Virus record (IMG/VR): IMGVR_UViG_3300035670_000170
Location: 4,977-68,976 of that record
Length of the DNA: 64,000 nt
DNA from: a virus
Strand: one strand, 5' to 3'
Shown here piece by piece: positions 58,794 through 64,000 of this stretch. Each line of letters begins with the position of its first letter. Positions within the stretch are counted from its first letter, which is position 1. The position numbers and the translations under genes are program-made. The notes beneath the pieces are model-generated. The model was not told the DNA's origin, made no database searches, and saw nothing but the letters and a program-made list of their open reading frames with translations.

Positions 58794-59155
58794 TACCAAT
58801 TAAAAACACATTTGAAGTCGAAACCCATCCGGGGGTTACGATAGTAAACCCCGACATTGAATTGGTGACTACGGTGGACATCGCCCGTGATGAGGTGTTT
58901 CAGCCTACGGTGATAATCCACGCAGAAAACATAAAGATTTACCACGTGCTGCCCTTGCAGCCATACGTTGACGGAACGTGGACGGATGAGGACGTTGACA
59001 ATGCAATAGTTAATTACTTCACGCTGTTTGGCGGCAGGGCTTCAAGGAAGTCGGTTAGGATGCCAAATCGGGCGGGACAAAAGAAATTGAAGGCCATAAA
59101 AAAAACAACGATATGGAAAAGGATATTGTCATACCTAAAAAAACTATTCGCATGA
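58790..59155 (+). CDS. small partner of fibre protein 2
   Basis: NP.I...TWTDEDV with a basic C-terminal extension. Confidence 0.6.
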   Translation: MIPIKNTFEVETHPGVTIVNPDIELVTTVDIARDEVFQPTVIIHAENIKIYHVLPLQPYVDGTWTDEDVDNAIVNYFTLFGGRASRKSVRMPNRAGQKKLKAIKKTTIWKRILSYLKKLFA

Positions 59156-59394
59156 TACACAACGTAGACAACTTGAAGGAATCAATATCCGACGTAATAG
59201 GATGGGGCGGCACGATTATGGCTGTCAGCTTCCCGCTTTTGGACGGCTTACAGCAATGGGCGCAAACACTTGGCGCCTGTGGTGGTGTCGTCCTCCTCTT
59301 TATCACAATCATAAACAAGGTGCGTGATTCACGGATAAAGAAGTTAGAGATTAAGAAACTTGAAAAAGAGATTAACGATGCAGAAGGTTTATGA
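59152..59394 (+). CDS. holin-like membrane protein
   Basis: Hydrophobic segments plus a charged C-terminus, in the lysis region. Confidence 0.5.
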   Translation: MIHNVDNLKESISDVIGWGGTIMAVSFPLLDGLQQWAQTLGACGGVVLLFITIINKVRDSRIKKLEIKKLEKEINDAEGL

Positions 59395-59578
59395 CTTTGT
59401 AGGCGGTCGCAAGATGTTTGTGGCCTTCCTGTTGTTCGCCCTTAGTGGGTCGCTGTGGTTCTTTAACCGTGACATCATGGCATCCGACCTGTTCCAGTTT
59501 TGGGAGTGGGTAACGGCAATCCTTGTGGTGGGAAATGTAAGTAGTAAGTTCGCTAATCGGGCGCCCGAAAACAAATGA
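59378..59578 (+). CDS. holin-like membrane protein
   Basis: GGRKMFVA, two TM helices, VGNVSSK. Confidence 0.6.
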   Translation: MQKVYDFVGGRKMFVAFLLFALSGSLWFFNRDIMASDLFQFWEWVTAILVVGNVSSKFANRAPENK

Positions 59579-59606
59579 CATGGAATAGCCTAAAGTAAAT
59601 AGATTG

Positions 59607-59807
59607 ATGGACGGGTTTTGTAAAATTACTATTCAGACCGAGGACGTGCAGAAAGCGCAGCGGATGCTTGCTGTTGACGACGTGTTTATTAAGTTGTGGG
59701 AAGTGTATCAAATCACGACGTGGAACGACCTACGACCAGACCAACAGGTGGAACTGATTAGGGAACACATCAACATAGAACTTTTTGAGCAATACCATTG
59801 GACATGA
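59607..59807 (+). CDS. hypothetical protein
   Basis: Short ORF with ATGA overlap to the endolysin. Confidence 0.55.
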   Translation: MDGFCKITIQTEDVQKAQRMLAVDDVFIKLWEVYQITTWNDLRPDQQVELIREHINIELFEQYHWT

Positions 59808-60286
59808 TAAGGGAATCCATCCTACAATTCGCATCCGCCGACATCGGCACAAGAGGGCCGGAAAAGTACAACGATTGGTTCTACAATCGCGCAGGGTACA
59901 AGTACGCCCATTGCGCTACGGCTGTATCATATTGGTATTTTTGGGCATCGCAGCATTGTGGGATAGCCTACCCATTAGCCGACGTGGAAACACCGGAGGG
60001 GGTAAAGTATGTGCCTATCCTTGTCAACCACGCCCGAAAGCATGGGAAGGTTACGACCGACCCGCAGCCGGGTGACATCGTTTGTTTCGACTGGGACAAG
60101 AACGGCGGGGCTGACCATGTGGGCATCTTTGAAAAGTGGGCCGACCGGAAAGCCGGATTGTTTTATGCTATCGAAGCCAACACAACGCCCGACGGTACTT
60201 ATGGCAGTCAGGATCGCGGAGGGTGGCAGGCGCGGAAGCTACGCCACACACGGCTGGTTATTGCGTTCTGTAATTACTTGGACTGA
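59804..60286 (+). CDS. CHAP-domain endolysin
   Basis: CATAVS, PQPGDIVCFDW, DHVGIF, IEANT. Confidence 0.88.
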   Translation: MIRESILQFASADIGTRGPEKYNDWFYNRAGYKYAHCATAVSYWYFWASQHCGIAYPLADVETPEGVKYVPILVNHARKHGKVTTDPQPGDIVCFDWDKNGGADHVGIFEKWADRKAGLFYAIEANTTPDGTYGSQDRGGWQARKLRHTRLVIAFCNYLD

Positions 60287-60537
60287 TGGTTAGAATGAAT
60301 TTACCGATGTTTGTGCTGCTGCTTGGTGCGGTATTCGTGTTGGCTGGTGTTCTTATCGGCAAGGGATGTTCACGCACGGAAACGCCACAATACGACTTTA
60401 GGCGGGTGGATTCACTACAACGGGTAGTGGACGACAGGGGTAAAGAGATTGAACGCCTGAAGGGGCTTCTGATTGAAAGGATAGACACGCTTCCACGCGA
60501 TGTTCAGGACAGCCTTATCGACGTGTGGTTGAGGTGA
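60286..60537 (+). CDS. spanin-like membrane protein
   Basis: N-terminal TM, Cys and short coiled coil, directly after the endolysin. Confidence 0.45.
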   Translation: MVRMNLPMFVLLLGAVFVLAGVLIGKGCSRTETPQYDFRRVDSLQRVVDDRGKEIERLKGLLIERIDTLPRDVQDSLIDVWLR

Positions 60538-60568
60538 TACACCGAAGCCAGTATCGTTGAACGGGTAG

Positions 60569-61069
60569 TTAGCCTTCATTGACCAACACACCGTCCGAAC
60601 CTCTACTTTTCTCCCTGTCAATAGCCCATTGCTTCATTGGTGGCTGCGGCTTGCCTTCCCTATATTCCTGTGAGTGTTTGCTACACACCGTCCAATATCC
60701 CGTGTCACGCCAACAACCGCCGCCGTTTGCGCCTTCTTGCTCACACCCTTCAACTTCGCACCACCCAAAATAAGGTTCTTGTTTTTCCTTCGAATCCGTC
60801 AATGAAAGGCTGACGTTAAAGGCCACAAGTTGCAAATGTGATACCTGTAACGTAGTTACATTCTCCATCACGTACCGTCCATTGAACGACCTCTTGTACT
60901 TCTTTTTCCAGCCGTTTTTAGAGTAACGCCTGTGTTCTGATGTCAACACCGTGCGGGTGATTTTCACAACCTTTGAGGTGTCGTCGATTAGAACCAAGTA
61001 AGCCAACCGCATTGGCTCGCCGAATGTCCCCTCTGTGCGTATTGTCTTGAAGTCTATTTTCTTTACCAT
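60569..61069 (-). CDS. chimeric hypothetical protein (C-terminal half is a cassette)
   Basis: 166 aa; C-terminal Cys-rich half bounded by GTTAGCCTTCATTGAC (60568) and GTCAATGAAAGGCTGAC (60814). Confidence 0.65.
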   Translation of the reverse strand: MVKKIDFKTIRTEGTFGEPMRLAYLVLIDDTSKVVKITRTVLTSEHRRYSKNGWKKKYKRSFNGRYVMENVTTLQVSHLQLVAFNVSLSLTDSKEKQEPYFGWCEVEGCEQEGANGGGCWRDTGYWTVCSKHSQEYREGKPQPPMKQWAIDREKSRGSDGVLVNEG

Positions 61070-61129
61070 GTTATTGATATTCGGGGCTAAACGCTATAAA
61101 TACGCCACAAGCCCCCAGTTAGCCGTAAT

Positions 61130-61393
61130 TCAATCACGCCAAGTAACGTGCATTGCTTCGAGTTTATCTCCGAGTATTGGCGAACCATAGTTTTCAAACT
61201 TCATTTTAATTGAAGGATGAACTTCTAATCCGTTTGGGCATTGTATCATAAATGGTAACTTTCGTTTATCTTCACTAATCTGTAATGCTTCTAAAATGAA
61301 GTCATTCAAGGATTTTGGAGAAGAAGAACTACGGCTAACATTGTATAAATGAACATTGCCAGCTTCATCGGTTATTTGAACTTTGTATTCCAT
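61130..61393 (-). CDS. cassette hypothetical protein (paralog of 3793..4059)
   Basis: 87 aa, MEYKVQITDE...WRD. Confidence 0.85.
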   Translation of the reverse strand: MEYKVQITDEAGNVHLYNVSRSSSSPKSLNDFILEALQISEDKRKLPFMIQCPNGLEVHPSIKMKFENYGSPILGDKLEAMHVTWRD

Positions 61394-61463
61394 ATCAAGT
61401 TTATTTTTAAGTTTAACATTTGTGTTTTAAAATGGCAACGTCATTTATACCTTGCCGTTATAC
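61333..61463 (+). other. attC-like hairpin D1
   Basis: GGCTAAC; GTATAAATGAACATTGCCA...TGGCAACGTCATTTATAC; CTTGCC; GTTATAC. Confidence 0.8.
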
Positions 61464-61472
61464 GCAAATAAA

Positions 61473-61802
61473 CTAAACCCCACCCGCATTATTTTCGTTG
61501 TTCTTTTTAGCACTTTCAATAAGCGTGTTCATTCCCGCACTTAGTTGTTCAAATGTTTGAAGTTGTGAAACCAACAATTGAAGGTCTCCTATCATTGCAT
61601 TTACGCCTTCCAATGAAGTGAAAATTCTAAACTCTCCAAGTTCGTGTCCCTTCAAAATTTCGCCTTTTTTATTCACTTCATATTTTGGTTCAGTACTTAG
61701 TAGTATCAATTCAACTTGTGGTTTCAAATTATTGGTTTCATAGTTGATTGAAAAATTTGTGTTACTTCTAAATGTAACTAAGTGTTTTTTTGTTGTTGCC
61801 AT
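61473..61802 (-). CDS. cassette hypothetical protein
   Basis: 109 aa, between GTTATACGCAAATAAACTAAAC and GTTTAGTTTATCAGCGTATAAC. Confidence 0.75.
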   Translation of the reverse strand: MATTKKHLVTFRSNTNFSINYETNNLKPQVELILLSTEPKYEVNKKGEILKGHELGEFRIFTSLEGVNAMIGDLQLLVSQLQTFEQLSAGMNTLIESAKKNNENNAGGV

Positions 61803-61870
61803 TTTTTTGTGTTTTATTTAATTATTATTATTTAGTTTCTAATTGCCAACGCTTCGTTTAGTTTATCAGC

Positions 61871-61925
61871 GTATAACAGCAAATAATCAACATTAAAACG
61901 ATTGCCTACCTGCAAACCGTTAGGC
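61871..61925 (+). other. attC-like hairpin D2 (degenerate)
   Basis: GTATAAC-AGCAAATAATCAACATTAAAACGATTGCCTACCTGC-AAACC-GTTAGGC, related to hairpin B2. Confidence 0.7.
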
Positions 61926-62004
61926 AACATTAAAACGAGCCAACGCACAGACAAACGCACTTGCCTAACAGCGTATAAACTCAATTTAAAATTAACCCAA
62001 CGCA

Positions 62005-62235
62005 CTATTCACAGTATTCATCACACCACGGATGATGACCATGATAGCATCCGCAGTCATCACAACATTCGTGGCTATCGTCATAGTCAGGGTCTTCTTC
62101 GTCTGGTGCATTTCCAAAAGCATCACAAATGCAAGTAGTATTTCGGCAATTTTCACAAAACAATCCAACTCTTTTCATTGATTCAACAGCATTATTAACA
62201 GATGCTATCTCATCTTTTGTTAATCCATTTTCCAT
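62005..62235 (-). CDS. Cys/Asp-rich small protein
   Basis: 76 aa with multiple CxxC/CxC. Confidence 0.7.
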   Translation of the reverse strand: MENGLTKDEIASVNNAVESMKRVGLFCENCRNTTCICDAFGNAPDEEDPDYDDSHECCDDCGCYHGHHPWCDEYCE

Positions 62236-62247
62236 TTTAATCTATAT

Positions 62248-62430
62248 TTATTTTACCATTTTTCTGATGTCAGGAGAATGGTTGTTCAACCAGTATTTTG
62301 CAATCGAATATCGTTCCTCTTTTGTTTTAGTATTCATCGCTATTCCTTTATTGTCTCGGTACTTTGCAAAGTGCATTTCCTCTAATGAAGTCATTTCAAC
62401 TCCGTAAACCATTTTATTTTTTGCCATCAC
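62248..62430 (-). CDS. hypothetical protein
   Basis: 60 aa, starts right after the hairpin arm. Confidence 0.6.
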   Translation of the reverse strand: MMAKNKMVYGVEMTSLEEMHFAKYRDNKGIAMNTKTKEERYSIAKYWLNNHSPDIRKMVK

Positions 62431-62478
62431 TATTTAATTTTAAACTAAGTTTATACGCATACCGTTATCGGAAATATT

Positions 62479-62703
62479 TTAATTTCCAACGCACACACCT
62501 TCACCTTTTACAGATTGATTAACAAGTATATTACCTCTTGAACTTAATTGAATGTCACGCAAATTGATTGGAATTTCAATTGTATCATATCCAATATTCA
62601 CATCAGATATATCATGGTTTAAGTCTTGATAAGACATTAAGGCAACCAATTTGCCGTTTTTCGTTGAGATATTAATAATCTCCATGTTAGTTAAATTTTT
62701 CAT
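62479..62703 (-). CDS. cassette hypothetical protein
   Basis: 74 aa, between GTTATCGGAAATATTTT and AAAATACTATCCGATAAC. Confidence 0.65.
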   Translation of the reverse strand: MKNLTNMEIINISTKNGKLVALMSYQDLNHDISDVNIGYDTIEIPINLRDIQLSSRGNILVNQSVKGEGVCVGN

Positions 62704-62751
62704 TCTATTTATATTTATTTGTTAATAATTCCTACGCTCTAAAATACTATC

Positions 62752-62816
62752 CGATAACAGCATCTTGGCGAAAATACGTACATATCCAAGGTTCGCCAAG
62801 TTGCGTTCCGTTATAC
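62752..62816 (+). other. attC-like hairpin D4
   Basis: CGATAAC; GCATCTTGGCGAA...TTCGCCAAGTTGC; GTTCC; GTTATAC. Confidence 0.8.
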
Positions 62817-62826
62817 GCAATTTGTT

Positions 62827-63384
62827 TTAATTTTTTTTTCCCTCCCCTCCAAGAGTTATAGAGTTTTCGCATTCATTACCCCAAGCATCCCATCCTAAAA
62901 CATTCTGCCTTGCAAATAATTCTACTTTATTTTGAGTTGGAAACATTGCTTCTATTCTTGCTCTTATTTCGTTTGGTTTAGCAGAATGTTTACCTCTCAT
63001 TTTAGATAAAAATTGCCTTACATTCCTTGCGCCTCTCGGAGTTGGTATTGTGCCACGCTTTCCTACCAAGCAAATTTCACATTCACTCATTGTATAATGT
63101 CCTGGATTTGTTCTTTGCTTGTGCCATATAAAAGCTATTGTGGCATATTTGAAGCCCCAACTTTCCATCACTTCAATACCTTATTTTAACATCGGGCTTA
63201 CAACCCACAAAAACAGCATACAATTTTTATCTGAAATACTTTGCACTTCTAATGCTTTTAAGTCTTTCAATGTCATTGTACTATAATGTGTATTCAATTC
63301 TCCATTAAGTATTGATGTTTTAGCCAAACATTCCTTTGTGTTGTATTCCCAAGCTGGATCAGCGTATATTATTTCGTATTTCAT
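62827..63384 (-). pseudogene. MT-A70 family adenine methyltransferase with an in-frame TAA
   Basis: IIYADPAW, LFLWV, WGFKY.T..F.W.K, E.CL.G..G, HSAKP, ELFAR, GWD.WGNE. The two ORFs are in the same frame, split by TAA at 63181-63183 (MLK*GIEVMESWG). Confidence 0.85.
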
Positions 63385-63441
63385 ATTTTAGTTATTAAGT
63401 TTAAAAGTTTTCCAACCGCACAAAAAATTAAAACAAACAGC

Positions 63442-63496
63442 GTATAACAGCAGCTATGCGCCATTAAAACGAGCGCATAGCTGCGGCACGTTAGGT
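63442..63496 (+). other. attC-like hairpin D5
   Basis: GTATAAC-A-GCAGCTATGCGC-CATTAAAACGA-GCGCATAGCTGC-GGCAC-GTTAGGT, perfect 12-bp stem. Confidence 0.85.
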
Positions 63497-63538
63497 GCAA
63501 TTTATTTGAATGTCTTATCATACCTTATCGGGTATAAG

Positions 63539-63838
63539 TTATTCCAAGTGCTCGGCCAGCCAGTCGATAAAATCTTCGGGCATTGTGACATCAACGGTAG
63601 ATTTGTCTGCCATCGTTATTACTTTATCCACATCTTCGTAAAGCCACCACACCACTAAGTCAATCGCCGCATCAAAATCCTTTTCGTCTTTAACAAATAA
63701 TAACGCCACACCCTCTTCTAACAAATTTACGCCATCTTCAAAGTCTAATAAATCAACACCCAAGTCCCTTAGCTTGTCGTGTGTTTCCTGAATTTCTTTA
63801 ATTCTTTTCAGGCTTTTTACTGCAAATTCTTTTTTCAT
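63539..63838 (-). CDS. hypothetical protein
   Basis: Start moved to MKKEFA; acidic protein with a WWLYE motif. Confidence 0.7.
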   Translation of the reverse strand: MKKEFAVKSLKRIKEIQETHDKLRDLGVDLLDFEDGVNLLEEGVALLFVKDEKDFDAAIDLVVWWLYEDVDKVITMADKSTVDVTMPEDFIDWLAEHLE

Positions 63839-64000
63839 TTTATAGTTGTTTAACATTATCCCTACCTTTGTTTATGCTTAAATACTTACTACTTGTCATC
63901 CCCTTTACGGCATCCGGTCAGGACACCATCTGCATCAAGCGCTCTAAGGCTCTGGAATGTGTCGAGTGCCTGATGAACCGAGCAACCAAAGATAGCATTA

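Larger units (their letters stand above)
1161..59565. repeat. dispersed motif (TA)CCAAAWCGGGCGC, about 43 copies on both strands
   Basis: Plus copies at about 1221, 2297, 4441, 5363, 7413, 8157, 8805, 9226, 11837, 12151, 13564, 14900, 15869, 20792, 23630, 27300, 28413, 32738, 38705, 40113, 40855, 43011, 45818, 48540, 49382, 52747, 53468, 56483, 59062, 59552. Minus copies at about 1161, 3248, 3710, 5898, 8369, 14365, 14619, 15255, 20588, 23342, 27694, 30947, 39877. Confidence 0.95.
61963..62470 (+). other. giant attC-like hairpin D3 with two genes in its loop
   Basis: GCCTAAC-A-GCGTATAAACTCAATTTAAAATTAA (61971-61995)...TTAATTTTAAACTAAGTTTATACGC (62434-62458)-ATACC-GTTATCG. Confidence 0.75.
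61083..63496 (+). mobile_element. integron-like cassette array D (5 cassettes)
   Basis: Head site 61083-61124; hairpins at 61333-61463, 61871-61925, 61963-62470, 62752-62816, 63442-63496; each cassette has complementary ends; strongly AT-rich. Confidence 0.85.

Noticed and set aside
1161-59565. CRISPR array or promoter explanation for the dispersed motif
   Set aside because: Copies are scattered rather than regularly spaced, there are no cas genes, and many copies lie mid-gene in either orientation. A separate TAnnTTTG promoter element already explains gene starts.
63181-63183. Stop-codon reassignment as in some crAss-like phages
   Set aside because: Only one in-frame TAA was seen. TAA, TAG and TGA all end genes normally and long ORFs are uninterrupted in the standard code.
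3744-63496. Hairpins as ordinary intrinsic terminators, or arrays as IS/MITE elements
   Set aside because: The hairpins lack U-tails and always carry AAC/GTT cores with fixed spacer geometry. No transposase or target-site duplications are visible. An HUH-type mechanism is not excluded.
1-64000. Integrase, tRNA or rRNA genes
   Set aside because: No ORF with a tyrosine or serine recombinase signature and no cloverleaf or rRNA-like segment was recognised by eye. They could lie outside the window or need tRNAscan/HMM searches to detect.

Overview
This is a 64-kb segment of a tailed dsDNA phage. The host is almost certainly a Bacteroidota: TAnnTTTG promoters recur and leaders are A-rich with no Shine-Dalgarno. 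The left arm (1-11.8 kb, minus strand) carries replication, recombination and early genes: HNH-like, VRR-NUC, SSB-like, DnaB, Sak/Rad52-like, PD-(D/E)XK nuclease, class II amidotransferase and amidoligase. The plus strand from 12.8 to 60.5 kb carries small and basic proteins, two GroES-like genes, a six-gene glycosyltransferase/methyltransferase cluster and a crAss-like podovirus virion module (TerL, portal, scaffold, MCP, ring proteins, muzzle, three cargo proteins). It ends with two tandem DUF1566-type fibre modules and lysis genes. Two unexplained systems stand out. (1) An integron-like gene-cassette system occupies at least four arrays (3.7-4.4, 5.9-7.4, 27.7-28.4, 61.1-63.5 kb). Each array starts at a conserved ~35-bp site (7 copies, one empty) followed by GTT. 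Cassettes have complementary GTT.../...AAC ends and are separated by attC-like hairpins. Cargo genes run antisense, some hairpin loops encode gene starts or whole genes, and no integrase is visible in the window. (2) A motif, CCAAAWCGGGCGC, is present in about 43 copies in genes and intergenic DNA. It appears to mark local G+T/A+C strand-skew switches and brackets accessory DNA in back-to-back pairs. All counts were made by eye and no database searches were run.
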